53,616 nucleotides of DNA from a virus (taxonomy: Duplodnaviria; Caudoviricetes): positions 1 to 53,616 of IMG/VR virus record IMGVR_UViG_3300042881_003221; one strand, written 5' to 3'. The notes beneath the pieces were generated by a model. The model did no database searches. It was given only the letters and a program-made list of their open reading frames with translations, and was not told the DNA's origin. Within the stretch, counting starts at the first letter, position 1; each line of letters begins with the position of its first letter. A program made the translations under genes and the position numbers. This document shows, piece after piece, positions 35,590 through 43,854 of the stretch.

Positions 35590-36254
35590 GTGCCCGCAGT
35601 CATCTTGTATTCATGTCCATGGGCGCAACGAATCCGGCGGCGCCTCCGCGTGGCAGGGGCTTTGAAAGCAACTGGACGATCGCGCCAACCGATGAAGCGT
35701 CATTCGATGCGGATTGGACCACGCTGCCCAACTCGTTGTCGTTCGATGCGGATTTCACCACCGACACATACCTGATGGAGACGGCGGCTTTCGTCTACGG
35801 CCTGTTTCAGACCACGGACGGTGCCGAACAAATCGGAGAGCACAACACCGGGACCACGCAAGACATCCTCCGCAGTGGGTTCGATAGCGATTTCTGTCTG
35901 TGGGCTGATCCGCAAGAACCGATCGGGTTCGAGGGTATTTCGTTTTCGTCCGATTTCACGGTGCCCCGTCACGTCGCGGAAACCTACCCGTCTCCGATAT
36001 CGTTTGACGCCAACTTTGAAGACGGCGGCTACAGCTTTGACGCCAACTTTGCCGGCGATGCTTACAAGATGGCGACGGCTGGCACGGTGTTCGGCACTTT
36101 CAACACCAACCCCGATCGCGTGTTTCTGACAGGCCGGTTGGTTCGCCCGCCGTTGCCGTTCACGGTCAATCAAATCCTACCCGGATCATCTCTGGATGAC
36201 CGCATGGGCTATTTCATCCTCGGAACAACGACCCTCGGAGGCAATCCACTATGA
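35586..36254 (+). CDS. Acidic protein with SFD(A/S)(D/N)F repeats
   Basis: SFDADW, SFDADF, GFDSDF, SFSSDF, SFDANF x2; GTGA coupling. Confidence 0.6.
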   Translation: MSARSHLVFMSMGATNPAAPPRGRGFESNWTIAPTDEASFDADWTTLPNSLSFDADFTTDTYLMETAAFVYGLFQTTDGAEQIGEHNTGTTQDILRSGFDSDFCLWADPQEPIGFEGISFSSDFTVPRHVAETYPSPISFDANFEDGGYSFDANFAGDAYKMATAGTVFGTFNTNPDRVFLTGRLVRPPLPFTVNQILPGSSLDDRMGYFILGTTTLGGNPL

Positions 36255-37645
36255 GCACACTCCTAGAGGATGGGATGGTTCTTAATGCCTCCCGTCTCGC
36301 AGCCGAGATTGAGCGGCAGGTTGACGAAGCTGTGGCGGATATCGTTCCCCCGGAGCCTGTGGATGGCGTCAGCATCGTGCAAGGCCAGAACGTCAGCACT
36401 ACGCGGTGGTCGGCGCGGTTTGGCGCCTCTGCGGCCACAGGCGGCGAAGTCGCCGACACGCAAACGTGGCACCACACACAGACAACCGAGGTCCCGCCGT
36501 CGTGGGTGCGTCTGGTTTGGCCGTATGACCAGCTTGATACATGCACGATCGAAGGTGCAATTATTGCGCCATCGGCCAGTGTCACCAGTCCGATCAACCC
36601 TGTTGACGAAAATGGCGACCCTGTAGACTGGATCGAGGTGACCTTCAACAACGCGGGCCTACCGCTCACACTCGCGGCGCAACTCGACGCGGAGGATGAT
36701 CAAGCCGGCGCCGATGACACGACGCAGGTGTTGTTTGAGCCACCCATTAACGGCTCCGTCTGGCCAGATGGCCCGCGCCTTAAATCGCAGAAATACACCT
36801 ACTCCGATTGGATACCGATCAAGTCTCTGGCTCGCACGGATGTCCCCGGTGGGTATCCGATCATTATGCACCGCGTCAAATTCGAGGGTCCCATTTCGCT
36901 GACGCAAGCCGTCTCGGATGCGGATCATCTGCTCATGGACGGGCATCAAGTCCGCGCCTACGCCAACGCGGGCGATTGCGTGGCCACGCCTGCCAACTTC
37001 GTATCAACGACCCTGACGGACATCGCCACGCCCATCCTGCAATACATCACGACGCATCCGGTGGTTTCGCTGGCGGTGGCAGGTGACAGCACGCAGACGC
37101 CCACGGCGAACCACGTATCCCTGACCGCGCTCGCCATTTCGACGGATGAAAATCCAGTCGAGTTCTTCGCGGGCGGAACGGGCGGGTTTGACGCGGAAGC
37201 CTATTGCGGGAACATGCGTCGCCTCGCGCCCCATCTGAAACTGTCCATCGTGTTCATTGAGGTCCGTTCCGCGAACGGCATCCTCGGTGTTGCCGACGCC
37301 GAAAGCGATTGGGCAACGGCTACCGCTCTTGCGGACACTGTGCGCGGATATGGTGGTATCCCGGTATTGATGACGCCGATCCCCTGCCCAGCCCGCATCA
37401 ACACCGCTGGCGACCCTACTGCTGTCGAGGCAAGCCGGCTGGATATCGTGGCGCGGTGCCTCGCGGCGCAGGAAGCCGGAATGCACGTCCTCGATTTGAA
37501 TGAATTCTTCTCTGACGGTGCCACACCCGTTGCCAATTTCCGGACGGGAACCAGTAACGATGGCATTCACCCCACCGATACCGGCCAGTCTGATTGCGCC
37601 ACCACACTGACGACGCCGTTCACCCGCACTTTGCTAGGATTGTAA
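36251..37645 (+). CDS. SGNH/GDSL-family esterase, probably virion-associated
   Basis: VAGDST block I, SANG block III, DGIHP block V. Confidence 0.8.
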   Translation: MSTLLEDGMVLNASRLAAEIERQVDEAVADIVPPEPVDGVSIVQGQNVSTTRWSARFGASAATGGEVADTQTWHHTQTTEVPPSWVRLVWPYDQLDTCTIEGAIIAPSASVTSPINPVDENGDPVDWIEVTFNNAGLPLTLAAQLDAEDDQAGADDTTQVLFEPPINGSVWPDGPRLKSQKYTYSDWIPIKSLARTDVPGGYPIIMHRVKFEGPISLTQAVSDADHLLMDGHQVRAYANAGDCVATPANFVSTTLTDIATPILQYITTHPVVSLAVAGDSTQTPTANHVSLTALAISTDENPVEFFAGGTGGFDAEAYCGNMRRLAPHLKLSIVFIEVRSANGILGVADAESDWATATALADTVRGYGGIPVLMTPIPCPARINTAGDPTAVEASRLDIVARCLAAQEAGMHVLDLNEFFSDGATPVANFRTGTSNDGIHPTDTGQSDCATTLTTPFTRTLLGL

Positions 37646-37648
37646 GCC

Positions 37649-38884
37649 ATGCCCTTGGAAGATGTCGATTTCGGTGATCTCTACACCTACACGCGGACGG
37701 AGACGGCCGAATATCTCGGCTCCGGCGGCGTCATCACCTCTGTGGCTGCTGATACCGCAGCCGTAGCGTGGACGGCGGCGGGCACAGTCAACGGGTTTGT
37801 GGTCGAGGGATCGACGCAAAATCTGCTGCCGAATACCAGCGACCCTCATGCGCTGTTTGCGACACTCGTCAACGCAACGCAGGATGATGACAGCGGGGTA
37901 GCACCGGACGGCACCACTACCGCGACAAAGATCATCGAAGATGTTAGCATCGCGGTGCCGCATTACGTCAATACGACATTCACATCCAGCCCCGCGATCA
38001 CGGCCGGGGCCAATCGCGCGTGGTCATTTTTCGTTAAGGCGAACGGTCGAACACGGCTCAGCGCCACAATGTTTGATAGTGGCGCTCAGGGCAACTTTGT
38101 AAGCAGCGCAGTCAATCTAACAACGGGCACTGCGACCGGGTCGGTGGGCGGCAACGGCGTGCTTGTAATGGCTCTCGCACCGGAGGCATATCCGAACGGC
38201 TGGTATCGGATCACACTCATCGGCACGCCGAACCCGTCTAGTTCCGACGCGTTGCGTCCACGCGTCCAGTTGCTCGGGGACGATGGACTCTCCAACTACA
38301 TTGGTGACGGAACCTCGGGCGTCTACCTGTGGGGCCACAACATGCACACTGGCCTATCCCCGCGCTCGTTCATCGCCACCACCACCGCGCCGAAAACCCG
38401 TGGCGCTGATTTGTGTTCCCTGAACAGCCTCGAAACCACATTCGAGCAAACGCAGGGCACATTTTACATGAAGTTCATCGTCCCGGCGGCGGCTCCGACT
38501 GGCATCAACCGGACGCTGTTTCACATGGACGATGGCACTACCGACAACTCGTATGACGTTCGCATTGACGCGGGAACGCTCAACGTGACTGTCATTGTCC
38601 GATCGGGTGCGGCGCAGGTCGCGAGCGTGACGGCGGGCGCGATCACGGCAGGGGCTACGTCGGTCGTGGCGTTCAGTTACACAACCGATGCGTTCAGGAT
38701 CAGCCTGAACGGTGCGGCGGCGGTGTCGGACACTTCCGGCGCCGTGCCTACTGGATTGTCCGCGCTGTATGTGGGATCGTCCGACAACGCAGGCGCCGCG
38801 CCGTTGGATGGCGTCATCAAGCGGTTCTACCGCCGTGACAGCGCATACAGCGCCGTTACGCTGGCCGTCACGTCGTCATCGTAG
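37649..38884 (+). CDS. Head-spike-fibre-like protein with CBM and LamG-like domains
   Basis: YTRTETAEY..GFVVEGSTQNLL..APDGTTTATK..NGWYR..SFIATT....RGAD..QGTFY. Confidence 0.7.
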   Translation: MPLEDVDFGDLYTYTRTETAEYLGSGGVITSVAADTAAVAWTAAGTVNGFVVEGSTQNLLPNTSDPHALFATLVNATQDDDSGVAPDGTTTATKIIEDVSIAVPHYVNTTFTSSPAITAGANRAWSFFVKANGRTRLSATMFDSGAQGNFVSSAVNLTTGTATGSVGGNGVLVMALAPEAYPNGWYRITLIGTPNPSSSDALRPRVQLLGDDGLSNYIGDGTSGVYLWGHNMHTGLSPRSFIATTTAPKTRGADLCSLNSLETTFEQTQGTFYMKFIVPAAAPTGINRTLFHMDDGTTDNSYDVRIDAGTLNVTVIVRSGAAQVASVTAGAITAGATSVVAFSYTTDAFRISLNGAAAVSDTSGAVPTGLSALYVGSSDNAGAAPLDGVIKRFYRRDSAYSAVTLAVTSSS

Positions 38885-38893
38885 GAGGGGATT

Positions 38894-39085
38894 GTGGACC
38901 TGACCGATATTGCCGACATGCTCGGCTGGGCGGAATACCTCGCGATCGTGTGCGGTATCGCCGCGATCCTGGCCGCGTTCGCTCCGCCGGCAACCGATGC
39001 GTCCCCGGCATGGTGGCAGCACTGCCGGCGCGTGCTGGATTTGCTGGCGGCCAACTTCAAGAACGCGAGGAACCGGCGGATATGA
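38894..39085 (+). CDS. Putative holin
   Basis: 63 aa, TM segment YLAIVCGIAAILAAF, LDLLAANFKNARN tail; strong SD; precedes the endolysin. Confidence 0.7.
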   Translation: MDLTDIADMLGWAEYLAIVCGIAAILAAFAPPATDASPAWWQHCRRVLDLLAANFKNARNRRI

Positions 39086-39555
39086 GCAGCTTTGAACGGG
39101 CGTTGTTGTTCGTCCTCGCGCAAGAGGGCGGATACAGCAACGATCCGCATGATCCGGGCGGTGAGACCCGATACGGGATCAGCAAGCGCCAATACCCGGC
39201 CGAGGATATTCGAAACCTGACGGTCGAGCGCGCCCGCGAGCTATACCGGCGTGACTATTGGGACCCGAACCGATGCGGCGAACTGCCAGGCCACATGGGG
39301 CTGGCCGTGTTCGATGCGGCCGTGAATGGCGGCGCGCCCATCCGCTGGCTACAGATGGCCGTGGGTGCCGGCATTGATGGTGTGATCGGGCCTAAGACCA
39401 TCGCGGCGGCAAACGCCTGTAGGGACAAGCCTCGCGCCGTCCGCGACATGCTGGCCTCGCGCATGATTTATCTCACTGCGCTGTCTGGATGGAGCCGTTA
39501 CGGTTTGGGATGGACGCGCCGTGTGGTAGACTTGGCGCTCTACCGAATGGATTGA
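39082..39555 (+). CDS. Endolysin, glycoside hydrolase family 108
   Basis: EGGYSNDPHDPGGETRYGIS..FDAAVNGG..DGVIGPKT..GW.RR. Confidence 0.93.
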   Translation: MSSFERALLFVLAQEGGYSNDPHDPGGETRYGISKRQYPAEDIRNLTVERARELYRRDYWDPNRCGELPGHMGLAVFDAAVNGGAPIRWLQMAVGAGIDGVIGPKTIAAANACRDKPRAVRDMLASRMIYLTALSGWSRYGLGWTRRVVDLALYRMD

Positions 39556-39684
39556 CGCGACCGCTAGACCGGCCCGGCGCCAACCGGGACCGGCCGCCGA
39601 CCCGACACGAGGAAACCGCCCTCATGACGACAACCCACGATAGGACCACCCGTTTGCGCGCGCCTATGGCCTGGGTCACAGACC

Positions 39685-39903
39685 TTGCCGCCAAAGCGTG
39701 ACAGACGGAGACAGAAGGTTGCCGCTCATGCTCGCCCGAACCAAGATCGTGAAACAGCCGTCAAATTTTCAGTATGGACAGCCCTAAGATGGATCGCCCT
39801 GCGGATATTGGAGGGTGGGCTTCCCGAGGCTGGCAAGGTCCTGTTTCGGATCGGTGCCGGCGGGTTGGTGGGGTTGGTAGCGCGGTGGCTCTTTGGGGAG
39901 TAG
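39685..39903 (+). CDS. Cationic amphipathic membrane protein (start uncertain)
   Basis: RDRRRQK..VWTALRWIALRIL..GAGGLVGLVARWLF; the only good SD/ATG nearby (39624) is in another frame. Confidence 0.4.
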   Translation: MPPKRDRRRQKVAAHARPNQDRETAVKFSVWTALRWIALRILEGGLPEAGKVLFRIGAGGLVGLVARWLFGE

Positions 39904-40090
39904 CCCACTGGCGAGAGTTTCGCGAGCGGCCCGGGTGGGTTTGCTGGCGGTGCTTGCAGGTGACGCTTGGGTTTGTGGTGGTGTGGTGGATGTAAAGGCA
40001 AACCCGCTTCCCTTCCCTTGGCGCGTGGGGTAAGGAAAGGAATGATCGTGCATCGCGATCGACTGCGGCTATAGGCTGCGGCGACTTCCG

Positions 40091-40123
40091 AAACGCCCCT
40101 TGCCAACGCGGGGGGCGTTTTTT
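40091..40123 (+). terminator. Intrinsic terminator ending the late arm
   Basis: AAACGCCCCTTGC-CAAC-GCGGGGGGCGTTT then TTT. Confidence 0.8.
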
Positions 40124-40130
40124 ATTGTGG

Positions 40131-40227
40131 GGATGCTGTCGCGTCCAGGCGATGAGCCGCCCATGGCGCGAATACGCTGAGCCGCGCTAGCCGTGATCGG
40201 GAAACCGATATAGCGCCATGTGAGGCT
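40131..40227 (+). ncRNA. Candidate structured ncRNA (three-way junction)
   Basis: CATGGCGC(40162-69)/GCGCCATG(40213-20) stem enclosing ATCGG-GAAA-CCGAT; 5' hairpin GGATGC/GCGTCC. Confidence 0.45.
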
Positions 40228-40228
40228 A

Positions 40229-40266
40229 GAACCCCGCGACTGCTGAAAGGCGCTCGCGGGGTTTCG
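40229..40266. terminator. Hairpin/terminator at the convergence of the two arms
   Basis: AACCCCGCGA...TCGCGGGGTT 10-bp stem next to the stop of the last - strand gene. Confidence 0.65.
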
Positions 40267-40267
40267 T

Positions 40268-40639
40268 CTATTTCGGCGGCGCGCTCAACTGCCCCACTGC
40301 GGTCGGCACCGATAGCGCGGCGATCCAGGCATACCGAGTGACTATGCAGTCCGCCGGAATGTCAAACCAGCCGCGCGGGTCCAGGTGGCCGGTGACGTAG
40401 TATTCGCCCTCGGTGCCCGGGCGCTGGACGGCCAGTAGGAACACGTCCCATCGACCGTATCGGCCCGGCTCTGGCGGGGTATCGGCGGCTATCCAGGGAA
40501 TGGCGCGAGGCTTTCGCACCTCGGCCGCGAGCAACACGATCGCCTCGCATCGGAACGCGTATCCCGTGTGCACGACCGTGTCGTGGGCTAGTTCCTCCGC
40601 CGCTTCGTCCGCTTCTTCCAGTGCTTGCTTTAGGTCCAT
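40268..40639 (-). CDS. Hypothetical with DUF551-like C-terminus
   Basis: MDLKQALEEA..IPWIAADTPP..VTRYAWI. Confidence 0.6.
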   Translation of the reverse strand: MDLKQALEEADEAAEELAHDTVVHTGYAFRCEAIVLLAAEVRKPRAIPWIAADTPPEPGRYGRWDVFLLAVQRPGTEGEYYVTGHLDPRGWFDIPADCIVTRYAWIAALSVPTAVGQLSAPPK

Positions 40640-40774
40640 TCCATTTCTCGCTTGGGTTTGGTATACGGGTGGGGCTGCAACGCCTAGCCCGGTCGGTAGC
40701 CCCATGCGGCGCCGGTCGGGACTTGTCGCAGCCCTGCCGCGATGCCCCAACAGGCGCGGGGGTTATGATAGGGC

Positions 40775-40840
40775 AACGGATTACCCGCTTCACGAGAGAT
40801 CGTGCGGCCCCCGCAGGTTCCGGCCTGCGGGTTTTCGTTT
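40775..40840 (+). ncRNA. Candidate ~65-nt sRNA antisense to the early arm
   Basis: TATGAT at 40764-40769; CACGA-GAGA-TCGTG hairpin; terminator CCCGCAGG/CCTGCGGG + TTTTCGTTT on +. Confidence 0.5.
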
Positions 40841-41428
40841 CTACAGACGCCGAACGCTGCCACCGGCCATGATCCCGCCGGACACGTTCCCAGCTTCAAC
40901 TGAACCGCCGGCTTGAACGCTTCCGCCGACATTCTCGCACCGAACCGAACCGCCGGCGGTGACATTCCCCGTGATCGGTCCGGCGGTTACGGACGCGTCG
41001 GTTTCGAGGTTGTGCAACGTGCCCTCAACCGTGATCGACACGACGCCAGAAACGTGCCCGTCCACTGGCCGGCCGTCGATCTTGACCCGTCCGTTGATGA
41101 TGCTGATGGACTGGCCGACAAAATCCCGACCATCAATCTGGATGCGGGCCTTTCCGCCGATATTGATTGCGCTCATACTCTCTCCCTGCCGCGTCGCGGC
41201 GTTTCTGTGGCAGGGCAACTCGTAAGGCTTGCTTGCAGGTCCAACAGGGAACAGCACGCGCGCAATCTCCGCGTCCGTCGTGCTAGGTCGCCAGATCAGC
41301 GCATTGACGCGGAACGCCTCGCGCAGCCTGCCTATCTCCGCATTCAGCCGCTCGATCTCCCGCGCGTGGTCCCACTCTCGGCAGTCGCACGCGTGGTGGT
41401 GCGTGATGCATCGCGGGCGACGCATCAC
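40841..41428 (-). CDS. Hypothetical; C-terminal Gly/Val beta-solenoid (probable internal start at 41176)
   Basis: V.AGGSV repeats; SD GGGAGAG before MSAINIGG at 41176. Confidence 0.65.
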   Translation of the reverse strand: MMRRPRCITHHHACDCREWDHAREIERLNAEIGRLREAFRVNALIWRPSTTDAEIARVLFPVGPASKPYELPCHRNAATRQGESMSAINIGGKARIQIDGRDFVGQSISIINGRVKIDGRPVDGHVSGVVSITVEGTLHNLETDASVTAGPITGNVTAGGSVRCENVGGSVQAGGSVEAGNVSGGIMAGGSVRRL

Positions 41429-41676
41429 CCCTCCCCCGCCGCGCCGATCATGGCGCGGAATAGCAGTCGATGCAGATCGGACGTGCTGGCTTGGGGTGCG
41501 ATCGGTCGGCTAAGCGCGGCCCATAGCATCGCCTCAGTCGGCTCCGCCAGCGCGGACAGGGCGGCGTCGGCATAATCGCGGTATCGGTCTTGCATCCATT
41601 TTGGCGCCCTTTCCCACGCTGTGAGTGGGTGCTCCATCGCCCATATTGCCCGCGCCATCCGTTCGCGCATGTTCAT
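41425..41676 (-). CDS. Hypothetical phage protein
   Basis: MRERMARAI..ADAALSALAEPTEAML..FRAMIGAA pattern. Confidence 0.7.
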   Translation of the reverse strand: MNMRERMARAIWAMEHPLTAWERAPKWMQDRYRDYADAALSALAEPTEAMLWAALSRPIAPQASTSDLHRLLFRAMIGAAGEG

Positions 41677-41867
41677 GGCGCTTTCTCCGTCTTGAACATC
41701 CCGAACAACCCCAGAGCGGCCATGATGAGCGCATGGAACAAGTCCGACCATGCGGACCCGCCGATCGCCTCAATGGAACTGCTGATTTTGGCCGCGCCAT
41801 AGATCATCAGCATTGAGAACGCGACGTATGGCAGGCGGCTCAGTGCCCATATGATCCTGTCCATCAC
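41673..41867 (-). CDS. Small two-TM membrane protein
   Basis: Two hydrophobic stretches; coupled overlaps. Confidence 0.6.
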   Translation of the reverse strand: MMDRIIWALSRLPYVAFSMLMIYGAAKISSSIEAIGGSAWSDLFHALIMAALGLFGMFKTEKAP

Positions 41868-42085
41868 TCCCCCCTCACCCGCGCCACGGCCGCGCGGAGG
41901 CGGCGGACGGGGGCTATGGCGTCCTGATATTGTTGCATCATGTGCGGGTATACGTCCCGTTCGATGTATTCCGGGCCGATCATTGACGCCAGATCATCCG
42001 CACACTCGGTTGCCGCCGCGAGCAGTTCGGTGAGGGCGGCGGTGGGGATGGTGGTGTGCGCCATCGGGTCCGTCTCGTCAGTCAT
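41864..42085 (-). CDS. Hypothetical protein
   Basis: 73-aa coupled ORF. Confidence 0.6.
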   Translation of the reverse strand: MTDETDPMAHTTIPTAALTELLAAATECADDLASMIGPEYIERDVYPHMMQQYQDAIAPVRRLRAAVARVRGE

Positions 42086-42628
42086 GGCCCAGCGCCTCCA
42101 TCAAGTCCGCCTCGAGCGCGACGCGGGCGGCTTCGAGCGTGTCGGTAATTCCGTTCTGATCAGAAAACTGATTGATCCACATCCACGATCCGTCATGGAT
42201 AGGCAGGACCACGCCGACTTTCTTGCGGCCAAGGAACGCGGATGGAGGTCCGTCCGTGTATGGCACGCCCCACCTGATCCGCAAGGCCCGCCCCTCCGCC
42301 TCCCGCACGCGCTGGATCAGCCGCAGCCAGGTTTCAGGGGTAGCCAGATCACGGAACGCAATCCGTCGACCAATGGCCGCGACTGCCTGCAATGGCTCGG
42401 TTGCAGCCTGCGTCGCCGCCCGCGCGGCCGCTTCGAGGGCGGCGAGTTCGGTGTCACACGGCGGCTTTGCAGTGGCGAGGCGGTTCCATGCGGCGATGGC
42501 GCCATCTTCTCGGGGAGAGATCGGCCCGCAAGCGCCGCATGTCTGGCACTGGACAGCGAAGGACCCGAGTATGTCAGGTGCCTTACCTTCGCCTCCGCAC
42601 CACGGGCACGGCGCCGGCTTTTCGTCAT
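42078..42628 (-). pseudogene. Lar-family restriction-alleviation protein, apparently frameshifted near the start
   Basis: PCPWCGG..VQCQTCGACGP....AIAAWN; the SD-preceded, ATGA-coupled ATG at 42628 is out of frame with the domain. Confidence 0.6.
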
Positions 42629-42987
42629 GGGGCGGTTCCTTTCGGCGGGGGTGGGGGTGGCGCCAGTCTCCAATGCGTGACCGCTCGGGCAGTGATCCAC
42701 ACAAGGTGGTTTAATGGTCCTGTCGTTCTCCATTGGTCACAAATCTGATCGTAGTGGCAGTCACACCGGCGGGTTTCCCCGTTGATCAGGATATCAATGA
42801 GACGGTCTTTCGGCGCCGTCTCGATCGGCTGCCACTCGGACAGGTGGCGCAGGGCGTGGATGATTGTGTAGGCGTTTAGCGCCTTGGTCTGCAAATGAGT
42901 GGGTAGCCGTAGTTGCTCGATCAACTCCCCCACCGTCATCCCGTCAAAGCGGGGCTGCCCGTCCGGGCCGGTTGTGATCTGGGTCAT
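42625..42987 (-). CDS. DUF551-like protein
   Basis: EWQPIETAPKD..VTHWRLAPPPP; SD GGAGG. Confidence 0.75.
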   Translation of the reverse strand: MTQITTGPDGQPRFDGMTVGELIEQLRLPTHLQTKALNAYTIIHALRHLSEWQPIETAPKDRLIDILINGETRRCDCHYDQICDQWRTTGPLNHLVWITARAVTHWRLAPPPPPPKGTAP

Positions 42988-43340
42988 GGCTTGTCCTCCA
43001 ATGCCGCGCGGAGCTTGTGCGCGAGGTATCCCATCCCGGCCACGTATCCGACCGCGAATGGCGATGCTGGCGTGTCTGGGCCTGTCGCTGGGGCAGCGAG
43101 CGCGTAGACCGCATCCAGCCCCGCCGCGCTCGGGATCGGGTGGGGGCTGGCGAGGGTGTAGCCGGCTTTCCCCGCAAGGTCCGGAGACATCGGTCCCCAC
43201 TGTTCATGCCGCCACAGCGGTTCGGCCGGGGACCACTCCCAAATCTCGACGCGCTTCCCGATGTTCCATCCGGTTCGCGTCATCCAATACCGCCCCGGCC
43301 TATCCGGGTCCGGGGGCAGGAGGGCGGGGGTGTCGGTCAT
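42984..43340 (-). CDS. Hypothetical protein
   Basis: MTDTPALLPPDPDRPGRYW; SD GGAGG. Confidence 0.65.
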   Translation of the reverse strand: MTDTPALLPPDPDRPGRYWMTRTGWNIGKRVEIWEWSPAEPLWRHEQWGPMSPDLAGKAGYTLASPHPIPSAAGLDAVYALAAPATGPDTPASPFAVGYVAGMGYLAHKLRAALEDKP

Positions 43341-43540
43341 GCAAATTCCTCCGGGTGCATCTTCGCGTAGCAGTCTCGGCAATGAGGTTCGCCGCGATCG
43401 TCAAAATACCCATCTTCTTCGCACTGCCCGGTCGGCTCGTCGCAGGTGACGCAGATTTGCCGCGTCCCTGGATAGTGATTGGCGTTGATGCGCTCGTGGG
43501 TCGATTGGTCCAGCGCCCGACCGCGCCACCACTCACTCAC
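43337..43540 (-). CDS. Small zinc-finger protein
   Basis: YPGTRQICVTCDEPTGQCEED..PHCRDC. Confidence 0.7.
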   Translation of the reverse strand: MSEWWRGRALDQSTHERINANHYPGTRQICVTCDEPTGQCEEDGYFDDRGEPHCRDCYAKMHPEEFA

Positions 43541-43854
43541 GCCCCCACCTCCGCCGCCATCGCCCGGAGCGCGGCTGCCGATCGGGCGCGGGGTTCGTCG
43601 GGGGCAGTGGCGGATGCAAAGTTGTCAGGCTCCTCGCGATATGCCTCGACGCAGAAAACGTCTTCGTCCTGCGCAATGTGCCCGATACGCCAACCCTCCG
43701 GCATCGCGCCCGCCGCTGCGTCGCGGCTGGTGAGGCACTCAACGGGGATGCCGGCATTGAACAGATCGGCGGCAAGGCCAATCGTCGGTTCCTCCGCGCA
43801 CACCCTCTCCGCCAGTGCGAGCAGGGCGCGGGCGCGGTCTGGGTCACTCGTCAT
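43537..43854 (-). CDS. Hypothetical phage protein
   Basis: LTSRDAAAGAMPEGW..ARSAAALRA pattern. Confidence 0.65.
   Translation of the reverse strand: MTSDPDRARALLALAERVCAEEPTIGLAADLFNAGIPVECLTSRDAAAGAMPEGWRIGHIAQDEDVFCVEAYREEPDNFASATAPDEPRARSAAALRAMAAEVGA

Noticed and set aside
34528-38884. Diversity-generating retroelement acting on fibres
   Set aside because: No reverse transcriptase, and no TR/VR repeat pair seen by eye.
39994-40040. c-di-GMP-I riboswitch (AAAGGCAAACC)
   Set aside because: Lacks the GAAA-capped P2 stem and the following GACGCAAAGC.
40148-40230. Fluoride riboswitch, hammerhead or group II intron domain V
   Set aside because: Only fragments match (GGCGATGAG; AGCCGTG..GAAA); no CUGANGA core, no UGAUG..CUAC end, and the domain V lower stem cannot pair.
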